Shown here piece after piece: positions 13,643 through 30,800 of a stretch of 37,351 nt of DNA. The notes under the pieces were generated by a model that saw only the letters and a program-made list of their open reading frames with translations, searched no databases and was not told where the DNA came from. The stretch spans positions 1 through 37,351 of the forward strand of contig NIVC01004708.1 of the NCBI GenBank assembly GCA_002269645.1, given 5' to 3'. A program made the position numbers and the translations under genes. This stretch comes from Macrostomum lignano (taxonomy: Eukaryota). Positions within the stretch are counted from its first letter, which is position 1; each line of letters opens with the position of its first letter.

Positions 13643-14105
13643 CACAGATACTAGAATAACTAGATGGGCCACTCAGCACATTTGCATGTAAGCTACTTTC
13701 AGCTCAGTAGTAAGTTAAACTGAAGCATTTTAATGTATTTTTGAAGACAAGTCTCATTTATTGGCTCTTACCACCCTCATGGGCCCCCCAGTTTAAAACC
13801 TTAAACCGCGCCTTTCTACACTGCCCCCCGCCCCGCCCCAATTTTTATTGTATTCCTCGGAATTCCAGCCTAAAGCTGCCATGTACATTTCAGTGGACTG
13901 GCTAATGTACATTATTGCTAAACCAATTAGCAAATTCTTTACGACTGCAAGCTTGGGCTTCTAAACTTGTTAGTCGTTTCAGCTGCCTTTTTTATAAAAT
14001 AGCCTAAATGCATTCTTCTTTGCTACTGAACTGAAAGTAGAAAGCTGATATACTATGTAAGATATATATGCCTGAGTGGCCCATCTGGTTATTTTAGTAT
14101 CTGTG
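13643..14105. mobile_element. Non-autonomous DNA transposon (MITE), 463 bp, ~34-bp TIRs, 8-bp TSD (hAT- or P-type)
   Basis: Left TIR cacagatactagaataactagatgggccactcag (13643-13676); right TIR ctgagtggcccatctggttattttagtatctgtg (14072-14105), 2 mismatches. Identical 8-mer ctgtaaac flanks both ends (13635-13642, 14106-14113). Confidence 0.9.
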
Positions 14106-14229
14106 CTGTAAACCGGCTGGCATGTAAGCTAGCTTTATGAGGGACGATAGAAAAGCTGTCACTGGGAATATTAACTGGAAACAAATTAAACACCAATGCG
14201 ATTGTCAAACGTCCTGAACATTTCCATCC

Positions 14230-15082
14230 AAGTTTCCATGCAGTTGACACGTACTTGACGCAGCAATCGGCACTTAACTGCCTTCTAAATACCACTCCTC
14301 ATCCTGGTGTTTGCACCACTGGTTCACTGAGGAAGCCAGCCCAGTCACTGGAGCTCAGTGTTGGCCCAGCAGCGAATTCTTTAAAGTTGGAAACAGAAAT
14401 CCGACGGAGGCAAGGAAATTGCACGGTGACCTTGGTGACCTTACCACAAGCCTATTCTCTTTGATGGCCCTGAGCTGGCGCAATGTGGCGTAGTGCACTC
14501 AATCTGCAGCACTCTGTCGATCCCAGAAAATATTGCTCATTATTTTCTTCCTCGATGACACTACACTGTCTTGGCCTTCAGCAGAGTGGCTTCATCGTAG
14601 CGCTTCCACTGCATACTCTAGACTTTAGCCTCCGACTCATGAAGGGATAACAATAAATGAGAACAAAAGTCTGGATAGAGTCCAGAAACTTGTGTCTCGG
14701 CGATACTGCATCAGGTGGAGCAGCTGTTGGCATGCTTGTACCTACTTTTGGCACCAACCTGGCACAATTTTGACATTCCAAGTTGGATGGTCAGGATGGA
14801 CTGCGCACTGCCATAGTTGATGCCACAGGCTTCTGCTACTTCAGCCTGTCTTCGTCTGACATGCTCAACGGCAGTCTGGCTGGTGGTAGAGGTCCTTAAG
14901 TCGCCCACTGCGTGGTTCATCAATCCATCAGATGATGCCGCAGCTTCCATGGGCTTCGATTTCTTTCGAGATGAAAAGAACTACGAGATCTTGAGCTGAG
15001 AAGGTAAAGCTACAAAGTTTTCCCAAGTATGGAACAATGTGTGTTTGTAGTAACACCTGAAATCAAATTTTAAAAACTTCCA
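14230..15082 (-). mobile_element. Decayed Tc1/mariner (mariner-type) transposase pseudogene
   Basis: Minus-strand fragments in the expected order: DEPRSGR, VAEACGINYGSAQSILTIQLGMSK (HTH), CARLVPK (WVPK-like), FLDSI, SMQWK, KIMSNIFWD, AIKENR, FLFPTLKNSLLGQ, VNQWCKHQDEEWY. Multiple stops and frameshifts. TIRs not identified. Confidence 0.85.
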
Positions 15083-15379
15083 TGTACTGAAAAAATTAGC
15101 AGTGACAACCTTTTTGATCATCTCTCGTACCTGCCAACTTATATTCCAGTGAAGAACTTGTCTGAGTGTGCAACAATAAGTGCATCGCCACCTGTCTCAA
15201 ATTGTATGTCTAATCGTTTAATAAATATATGTGCACTGCATAGGCACGGCTTCAATGCACATCGTTGCCGAGATTTTGGCTATAATCAGCCATGCTTAAA
15301 AATTTTAAATTAATTAATTTCAACAGAGTCAATACTGGAAAAACTCCTGTTCAATTTTTTGCAAGAAGTAAAATAAATT

Positions 15380-15385
15380 TTTATT
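15380..15385 (-). promoter_or_regulatory. Putative polyadenylation signal of the neuropeptide precursor
   Basis: tttatt on plus (AATAAA on minus) about 200 nt downstream of the TGA at 15584. Confidence 0.45.
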
Positions 15386-15583
15386 TTTGGGAATTCGTCG
15401 CAGTGCGCTGGTGTCTGATTTTCTAAAGCGGGTCTGCTCTTGCGACTGTATTTGACGAAGTTCTTATCTTTTTGCTAGACTTATTTGCTTTTTTAAGTTC
15501 TTAAGTTTAAGTTTTTAAGTTTAGCGTATTCGTTTTTTAATTCTAAATCTTTGCGAATTCTCGGACGCAACCAAGAATATTGT

Positions 15584-16588
15584 TCAGTCACGAATCTTGT
15601 TCTCCTTGCTTGAAGCGAAGGAGCCGCTTCGCTTTCCAAGAAGTCCAGAGTACATAGCTCGCTTTCCAAGAAGTCCGGAGTACATATCTCGCTTTCCAAG
15701 AAGTCCAGAGTACATATCTCGCTTTCCAAGAAGTCCGGAGTACATATCTCGCTTTCCAAGAAGTCCAGAGTACATATCTCGCTTCCCGAGCAGTCCAGAG
15801 TACATCGCTCGCTTCCCGAGCAGTCCAGAGTACATCGCTCGCTTTCCGAGCAGTCCAGAGTACATCGCTCGCTTTCCAAGCAGTCCAGAGTACATCGCTC
15901 GCTTTCCGAGCAGTCCAGAGTACATCGCTCGCTTTCCGAGCAGTCCAGAGTACATCGCTCGCTTTCCAAGCAGTCCAGAGTACATCGCTCGCTTTCCAAG
16001 CAGTCCAGAGTACATCGCTCGCTTTCCGAGCAGTCCAGAGTACATCGCTCGCTTTCCGAGCAGTCCAGAGTACATCGCTCGCTTTCCGAGCAGTCCAGAG
16101 TACATCGCTCGCTTTCCAAGCAGTCCAGAGTACATCGCTCGCTTTCCGAGCAGTCCAGAGTACATCGCTCGCTTTCCGAGCAGGCCGGAGTACATTGCTT
16201 TCTTTCCAAGAAGTCCAGAGTACATATCTCGCTTTCCAAGAAGCCCGGAGTACATCGCTCGCTTCCCGAGCAGGCCGGAGTACACTGCTTTCTTTCCAAG
16301 AAGTCCAGAGTACCTATCTCTATTTCCAGAATTAGCTTCTCGCTTTTTCGATTGTGGAACAATAGCGACGTCTTCCAATCCCTCAATTAGCTTTGAATCG
16401 TCTTCCTCCTGCGGCAGCAAAGCTTTAATTGGGATAGCAATGGGCTCCGAGCGCTTGCCGAGAACGCCAGAGAAAATGCTCCGTCGGCTGGTCGATCCGG
16501 CTTCGTCAGTCGGTAATTTTTGTGGCATCGCGTCACCAGTTCCCCAGACCATCGGCATTAGCAGAAACAGGCACAGCTTGAGCATCAT
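15584..16588 (-). CDS. Multi-copy amidated neuropeptide precursor (xxYSGLLamide), 334 aa, intronless CDS
   Basis: N-terminal hydrophobic signal peptide (MMLKLCLFLLMPMVWGTGDA), RR-SIFSGVLG-KR, an acidic spacer, then 23 units xxYSGLL-G-K[R/K] (16 AM, 5 DM, 1 AV, 1 DR). Gly plus a dibasic site is the canonical amidation/prohormone-convertase signature. Variation among the 30-bp units is largely synonymous in this frame. Confidence 0.95.
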   Translation of the reverse strand: MMLKLCLFLLMPMVWGTGDAMPQKLPTDEAGSTSRRSIFSGVLGKRSEPIAIPIKALLPQEEDDSKLIEGLEDVAIVPQSKKREANSGNRDRYSGLLGKKAVYSGLLGKRAMYSGLLGKRDMYSGLLGKKAMYSGLLGKRAMYSGLLGKRAMYSGLLGKRAMYSGLLGKRAMYSGLLGKRAMYSGLLGKRAMYSGLLGKRAMYSGLLGKRAMYSGLLGKRAMYSGLLGKRAMYSGLLGKRAMYSGLLGKRAMYSGLLGKRAMYSGLLGKRDMYSGLLGKRDMYSGLLGKRDMYSGLLGKRDMYSGLLGKRAMYSGLLGKRSGSFASSKENKIRD

Positions 16589-17593
16589 AGCAGACGGGGC
16601 CGGCTCTGCATGGATGAAATGTTCAATGTGCTCGTAAGAATCTACGCTAGTAGAGGTGTGATTTCTCTTGTGTTTTATATTTTTATCCCGTAGATTCTTA
16701 ACATTTCTATATTGTAACGAGTGTATTAGCTACACTCAATTTTTTGAGCGATGAATGAAAAGAAAACTGTGTCTTATCTATCAAAGCCTCATCTAGAGCT
16801 GTGCTCGGATACGGGATTGTGTTCCGCTAGCAGAATTCTTAAAATCGATCCTGTCGTGCTCTGCTAGCAAACAACTGCTGTTTAACAGCGATTGCTTGCC
16901 TGGGAACATTCCTGCCAACTGGGTACTGCAGTCTGCCGTATGGATGCCTCCTGTGACCTGTAGGATAACTTCCCATGCAGGCAGCTCCACCTGAGCTTCA
17001 CCTGAATATATCTATTGTCTATACTCGTACGAATGAAACCTTGCTCGCAGAACTCGCTCTCTAGTTGCTGCTGCTGCCTATCTTGAGTCGACTGCCATGC
17101 AGTCTGTACCCGCGGCCCCAACACCTGCATGATTCATAAGAAGCCAAGTCGTTTTGGCGATGTTATTGCTGTCTTGTGCCCAAATGACTCCAAAATGGAA
17201 TTTTATAACGGTATCTTATTATCTGCTTCTGTCTGTGGCTTTGATTGAAAAGCAAAGGCATAACTTTAGGAAGAAATGCAAGGCTATGGCCGATTCGGTA
17301 TCCGGGATATTCATAATTCAAAGGTGGAAATGCACGTGTTCTGATGCAGTGAAAGCAATAACATTCTGATTTCTTGGCATTGCTCAACCATAAAAAAGTT
17401 GCCGCGCTGTAGGCTTCGACATAAATGTGATTTTTATCACCATTATTGAGGCTAATGCGTCCTGTTTTGCGGACATTAACTCGCGTTGCCAGCAATAAGG
17501 CGGATTAATCAATCTGCTACCGCATAGCTACCGAAGAAACCCGCTGGGGACATCTACGGTTATAATTTCCGTCGGGGCCGTTAGGGCACTCAC

Positions 17594-17880
17594 CGGGCCA
17601 AGGCGATCGTGTGCAGCGGCTGAACGGATGGCTGGCTGTCAATTTGTTCCTTTTAGTTCTCTTCTGTTTCGTCCCTTCTTTCACTTAGCTAGCTGGCAGT
17701 CTTCGTTTGCGAGTGCTGGTCCGAATCAGAGCGAGCGACAGGAGTTGCACTGAGAGTGGAGCTTGAGTCGGAGGTCTCCTCTGCATATAGAAGTTGTCTC
17801 TACCTGCAGTGCAGCAGGAATCCGACTGCACGGTAATGCTAGATATTTATACAGAAATCGGCGGCAATCCGATTGGCTGC
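17594..17880 (-). promoter_or_regulatory. Putative promoter and non-coding first exon of the neuropeptide gene
   Basis: On minus: CCAAT (17876-17872), TATAAATA (17851-17844), donor CCG|GTGAGT at 17593, and acceptor catgcag| at 16606, 17 nt upstream of the ATG. Motif-based inference only. Confidence 0.4.
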
Positions 17881-18102
17881 AACCTGTCATGCAGATGCAG
17901 CTGAGGACAATGCAGCTCACAGGAGTTCGAATCCGCATTGGATGCTGTCTGCTGAGAAGCTCTACAGGAGAAAGGAGTAACAAGGATCGGATAGATAAGA
18001 TATGAATTAATGAATGAGAGAAAAGATAAGACAAGAGCGATACATGTAAGACAATGGAGAAGGAAACAGAAAGAAGAGAGCTGAGAAAAGATGTCAATCT
18101 TG

Positions 18103-18192
18103 AGCGGGCCGGGTTGCTATATTGGTGAAGTTTCAAAGGACCCGAGGGCCGGATAGAGATCGGCTTCGCAGGCCGGAGTTTGCCGACCCCTG
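18103..18192. mobile_element. Solitary hAT (Charlie-like) transposon end
   Basis: ...gggccggat...gcaggccggagtttgccgacccctg (ends 18192) is the reverse complement of the typical CAGGGGTCGGCAAACT hAT terminus, with GGGCCGG subterminal motifs. Partner end not found. Confidence 0.7.
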
Positions 18193-18209
18193 CTCAAGGA
18201 CAACTCAAG

Positions 18210-18817
18210 GGTAAATGTTTTGAAGGCAAGCCGAAAAATACACTACAGGGATAGGAGGTTTTAATTTTTTCAGCACAAAAATTGTTATTGCTTTCGATAG
18301 GAGAAAGACCCAATGTTCATCTTTTGATATGTTGTGCCTTTCTTATAGCTCTATTGATATTCATAAAGCATTTGTTCAGAAAATTAGGATTCAATGTTCA
18401 ATTCTTATTCTACGTACATTTGCATGTCTCCTGTGCCTAAAAATCATTAAAATGGCACGGCTCAGCTCATTGGTTTTATGAATCCATTTTGTTATTCTTA
18501 GCTGACTGTGTAACAATATGTGTAACAGAGATGATAAAATAGATTCATAGAACCAAAGTTTGGAGCAGTGCCATGCATTTTTTTATTTTTAGGTACAGGA
18601 TGTACGTAGAATAAAACATTAGCATAGAATCCTAATTTTCTGAACAAGAAGCTTCATGAATATCAATAGAGCTAAAAGAAAGGCACAGCATATCAAAAGA
18701 TGAACATTGGGTCTTTCTACTATCGAAAGCAGTAACAATTTTTGTGCTGAAAAAAATTAAAACCTCCTATCTCTGTAGTGTATTTTTCGGCGAAAAGTTG
18801 CCTTCAAAACATTTACC
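18210..18817. mobile_element. Fold-back / MITE-like element: ~235-bp inverted arms with ~140-bp spacer
   Basis: 18210-18444 (ggtaaatgttttgaaggcaa...tgtgcctaaaaat) pairs with 18585-18817 (atttttaggtacag...ttgccttcaaaacatttacc) over nearly the whole arm, with scattered mismatches and indels. No TSD seen. Confidence 0.85.
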
Positions 18818-19055
18818 ATAGATTTCGAGTGTTGCGTCCTTCCATATTGTATTTTTGATTCTATTTTGAAGAAGAAGCGACTCTGAATTTGGCTTTTACT
18901 TTTTGCCACCACTGATTGACTGGCTGCTTCGTGACTGCATCTTTGTGAGAAACGTATTTGATTTGTCTATGGTCGGAATCAAATGGCCTAAGCCTATAAT
19001 GTCTATCAATCAGATGGGATGCCCCCGAAAAATAAGATATCGAAGTTCATATATG

Positions 19056-19160
19056 ATAAACGCCGCTTAATTCACCATAGTCTGTGGTTAGAATATCCTC
19101 GGCTACAATCAATGGTCCTCGGACATTCTAACCACAGAATGTGAATTAAACGGCGTTTAT
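19056..19160. repeat. Short palindromic hairpin (~42-bp stem, ~22-nt loop)
   Basis: ataaacgccgcttaattcaccatagtctgtggttagaatatcc versus the reverse complement of ggacattctaaccacagaatgtgaattaaacggcgtttat. Confidence 0.8.
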
Positions 19161-19281
19161 TATTTAAATATATGTTACTTGAGTAGTCCTTGCCCCTGCT
19201 CTATTAGGTAAACTAGCTATATAGTAATCGTCCGACTTTCTTGTTGATTTCGGAATAACAATTGGGAGGATTGCTTTTTGG

Positions 19282-19615
19282 GGGGCCGTAGCCCAGCGGT
19301 AGCGCAGCTGCTCTGGTGTGCCAGCGACCCAGGCTCGATTTCCAAGTGCAGTTACATAAATTGGGGCTGAATTGGAATCTCGGCTTAGCTCTGCTCGTGC
19401 AATTAACGGCCTTGAGAGCCAACCCCCCAAGGCGCGGTGAAGTGTACATGCCTAACGATAATATAAAGTTAGGGCCGCTGTACACTCCTGTGTGAGTGTG
19501 TGCCTGCGTACGTATCCGCGCGCTTGTATGCCTGCTCAGGGGAGTCGGCGGAATGGGCAGTAATGCCTCTCGCCGGTTGTGTGCCCATGTCGCTTAAAGT
19601 GCGCCAGGGTGCACA
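19282..19615 (+). mobile_element. tRNA-derived SINE-like element, copy 1
   Basis: tRNA-like head ggggccgtagcccagcggtagcgc (A box), then ggctcgatttcc (B box, 19332-19343), followed by a body shared with copy 2. Confidence 0.65.
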
Positions 19616-19747
19616 CAACCCCCTGCCTCTAATAAGATGATTGCTTTTGTCTGTTGGATTTTACGAGTAGGTTGGAGCGAAAGTTCTTCAAATTGATATA
19701 AAAATACCCCTAAGACTAAATAAGCAATCTGCAACATAGAATGAGGG

Positions 19748-20040
19748 AGGGGGGCAGAGCAACTCAGCGTTAAGCGCTTCTGACTCCCGCTCCTACTGCT
19801 TCGATTCCGGGTGCACGCGCGGCTTGATCGTTGATCAGGGATTGTGTACCAAATTTGGTCCGGGGCTGTCGATCGGGCGATTCACACCCATTGAAGGCCA
19901 ACCCTCCGCAAGGCACAAGAAGAGTAGATCATGTATGACGATTATAGAAAGTCAGGGCCGCCAGCTGTACACCCCGTGTGAGCGTGTGAGCTCGGTAGTC
20001 GGGTGCACTCATGCACAGCCCTCCTGCGAATAGCGAATAG
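19748..20040 (+). mobile_element. tRNA-derived SINE-like element, copy 2 (diverged)
   Basis: B-box-like gcttcgattcc (19798-19808). Shares gccaaccc..caagg, acgat(a/t)ata..aaag..agggccgc and ctgtacac.cc.gtgtgag.gtgtg with copy 1. Confidence 0.55.
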
Positions 20041-20157
20041 AATTAGAGCCACAGACTAAAAAGCTTAAAAACTAAATATAAGTCAAACAGATACTCTAGA
20101 AAGTAGCGAAACGTTAAGAGTTTGCAGTTGAAAGAACTCATTGGAATACGGACAAAA

Positions 20158-20568
20158 ATGAAGTCATTACATAACTCGAAGAGCTTCATCATCATCTGCA
20201 TGACAGCTATCCAGACTCTCAATAAGTCCGTCTGTCTGGCCGACGAGATTTGCTACGAAAATTTCCTCGGCCAGGCGAACCTGTCCTACCTGTGTCCGAC
20301 CTACTGCTGCGGCGAGGCCACCACCTATCCCCACCCCTTTCTCTACTGCTGCGACGTCTGCTCTCACAGCTATTATCGCAATGAGAAACTCGTCACCTGC
20401 TATCCGGACATTGTCACGCACCACAGCACAATGAGAATCCTGTTTATGCTGTCGTTTAGCCTTGTGCAGGCCTGCCTGGTCAAGGCGACCCTCACCAACC
20501 TGATGCAGATTGTTTCTAGGAATAACGACATGACGGCCGTCGCTGGTCGACAGGACAGTCCGAATTGA
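20158..20568 (+). CDS. Small Cys/Tyr-rich putative single-pass membrane protein (Shisa/CYYR1/VOPP1-like cysteine pattern), 136 aa
   Basis: GC-rich, coding-like ORF in AT-rich flanks. It has a moderately hydrophobic N-terminus (SFIIICMTAI), C-x13-CPTYCCG-x11-CCDVC, and a hydrophobic segment ILFMLSFSLVQACLV. Candidate acceptor tttgcag at 20127; AATAAA at 20834. Confidence 0.65.
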   Translation: MKSLHNSKSFIIICMTAIQTLNKSVCLADEICYENFLGQANLSYLCPTYCCGEATTYPHPFLYCCDVCSHSYYRNEKLVTCYPDIVTHHSTMRILFMLSFSLVQACLVKATLTNLMQIVSRNNDMTAVAGRQDSPN

Positions 20569-22601
20569 CGCTATTATTATAGCTTCACACTGACCAGACG
20601 TTCGCGATTGTTTGAAATTTTGAAACGTGTACAGTAGTAAAGATACTCGATCATACAAATTGATTCTCCGCACTAATTTTTTTCCATTTGCTTTTTTCAT
20701 TCTTTTGTACTTTAGGCTGCAAGTACGATAATTATTTACATGTACATGTAGCTAGTTAGTTATAACAAATTTCATATCGACATACTAGATCGTATGATGA
20801 TTATATACATGTAATTCTATGACATCTTTTCATAATAAAATAATAAAAAATGCTCCTAATTGTAAAATCGATTCTTTGACGCAACAAAGTTTTTCTGGAA
20901 ATATATATAGAACACGAATAAAGAGGCCCATTTAAAATGACCAAAAACTATGGGTTTAAGCTTTATTGATTTGCATAAGCAGATTTTTCAACTGAAGATA
21001 TGATACAGCTAGCTAGGGGACCTTTTCTCAACAGCCTGCATGCATTCAGCGCCATGCAGTGAATCATTTTAAATGTATCATCATTTTTCACGCAATTAAA
21101 ATCTGCTTTCTGAAGAAATAAAAGTATTCATCGATCGTCATAGAGGCGCTCCTGTGGATTCTACCTCGTAGAAGTTTTGCTTCTCCTAAAAGCAGCAAGC
21201 ATTTTTGAGCATGCGCGCTCTTTAATGAAGAAAAAATTGCGACAGTTTCATTGCTTCCTCACAAACCCCTAAAACGCCTCCGCTTTGTCTCTAGTCAAAC
21301 ATTCATTTTTTCATCCTGTGCAGCAGCAACAGAAACTGGTGTCACCTGGGCAAATACTGTACTGAGCTGTTTGACATTGCTGGTGCTTGAAGCTAATTGG
21401 CCTATGCAGCTGCCAACCTGCTGTGCGACTTCTTCAAGCCCCGTATGGCTCTTTTCTCATGCAGTCGATCCGTTAAAATACGACTGCTGTATGACATTCA
21501 GCTCGTGCATGCGGGATAAAACCCATGCATACAGCTGTGTGTATCTGAACTTCGGGGTAAGGAGAAATCCAGCGGTTCATACATGTAATTAACGGTGGAC
21601 AACAGCAGGCGTGTGTAATGTTGCCACCTGCGCGAATTTCACCATCGCCTAATATGGTATTTACAGAATAAGGTAAAAAAGTGCTAAAAAATTCAACCGT
21701 ATAATTATACGAGATCCCTAATAGCCCTCATGCGAGATATACATTAAAATGTGTTATGATTATTATTTAATTATTTCGTACACAAATGATATCAAAACTA
21801 TATGCACTAGCTCCCTAACCAAGCAGATTTAATATAATGAACATCCCTACTAACTTGCACTAGGAAACCCATGGTTACATGCAGTATATATACACTGTAA
21901 ATTGACGCCGCGCGAAGCGATGATGATGCAGTCAAATTGTAGAATTAAAAAAATTATTGATGCAAAATCCAAATACAAAATTTACATGACAAGCATATGT
22001 GCAAATTAGACGGGTAAATTTCATCTGCAGGCATTTTTATTTTTGCCCTGTTTCTATTCTGATTCTGAATTCTTCGGGCCGGGGAGTTCTGCCAACAAGT
22101 CAAAGATCGTGCTCCGATTGAGTTAACAGTATATGAGAGCAACGAATTTTATTTTTTTACTTTTTAGTGCCATGTATATATGACAAGTAATTAAGCCTAC
22201 AATTAAGCCTACTAATTTTAAGCTGAGGTCCCGGTATCTGGAAGTTTTTACTGTTAAGACCTTGACGTTAATATAGTAGTAAAACAAAACTTAAGATGTA
22301 GTAAGTTAAACTATTCATTCTAATAATAGTTCTTACACAGTTGCGCAGTTAATTTTGCTATTCAATCAAAAATAATTTTTCTAAAAACAAATAAGTATTT
22401 CAAAACTAATGTAAATAGTTTTATTTTATTTGAAAGAACTTCATAACATTTTTTTCGGATAAATCTGTACCGTTAAACAGTTATAATTTTTTTAGGATTC
22501 AGTTGAAATCCGCACGATATTAAATAAACTTTACTGAATTGAAAACTGATTCAAAATTTTTTTTATTAACCAAACCGTATTAATTCAAAAATAAAATAAC
22601 G

Positions 22602-30011
<7,410 letters not shown>

Positions 30012-30388
30012 GTTTATTCATTATGTATATTAGTACATATTCTTATCCTTACGATTGTGGCTGCGTTTATCTAGCATGCTTTTGTTAATGTCAATTATAG
30101 CATTAATCTATCCCTCGGCTTTACTCCATTTGCCTTTGATATGAAAGAAATTTGCTTAAAATAAATCTAATCAGCTTTTGCATTGAATAACTTTTTCAAG
30201 ACTTTTAAATATTTATAAAATTATACAAATTTGCCCTACTAAAGTTTCAGTCACAGTTAAAACGATGGGTGAAATAAAATCATGGCTACAGCCTACAATC
30301 AGTATTCAGTATGGGGTAGAGTTCAGAAGGAAAAAAATGAGGCAAAAGGATAAAACTTATGCGGCTATTCAGAGGCAGGGGTTGCCTT

Positions 30389-30800
30389 GAGGTGGCTGTC
30401 GCTTTGGGGGATAGAAAACCTTTAGGCAATATACATAGCCAGCGCATTCGTGTAGGTTAGAGAGCAATAAAAATAGGGCACAAGGTTGGGCTTGAGGTGG
30501 CTGTCGCTTTGGGGGATAGAAAACCTTTAGGCAATATACATAGCCAGCGCATTCGTGTAGGTTAGAGCGCAATAAAAATAGGGCACAAGGTTGGGCTTGA
30601 GGTGGCTGTCGCTTTGGGGGATAGAAAACCTTTAGGCAATGTACATAGCCAGTGCGTTCGTGTGGGTTAGAGAGCAATAAAAATAGGGCATAAGGTTGGG
30701 CTTGAAGTGGCTGTCGCTTGGGGGAATGAAAAAAGATAAGGAAACCCTTAGTCAATGTATACCCAGCGCGTTCGCGTTGGGTAGGGAGCAATAAAATTGG
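30389..30800. repeat. 105-bp tandem repeat (~4 copies, last diverged)
   Basis: ga(g/a)gtggctgtc starts at 30389, 30494, 30599 and 30704. Confidence 0.92.

Noticed and set aside
15597-16637. 346-aa plus-strand ORF (FPSSPEYIAR repeats) and 297-aa alternative minus-frame ORF (SERCTLDC repeats, 15493-16386)
   Set aside because: Shadow frames of the neuropeptide repeat. Unit variation is synonymous only in the YSGLLGKR frame, which alone has a signal peptide and processing sites.
19282-19350. Possible tRNA gene
   Set aside because: A and B boxes are present, but I could not fold a proper cloverleaf or acceptor stem, and the sequence continues into a body shared with a second copy; better explained as a SINE head.
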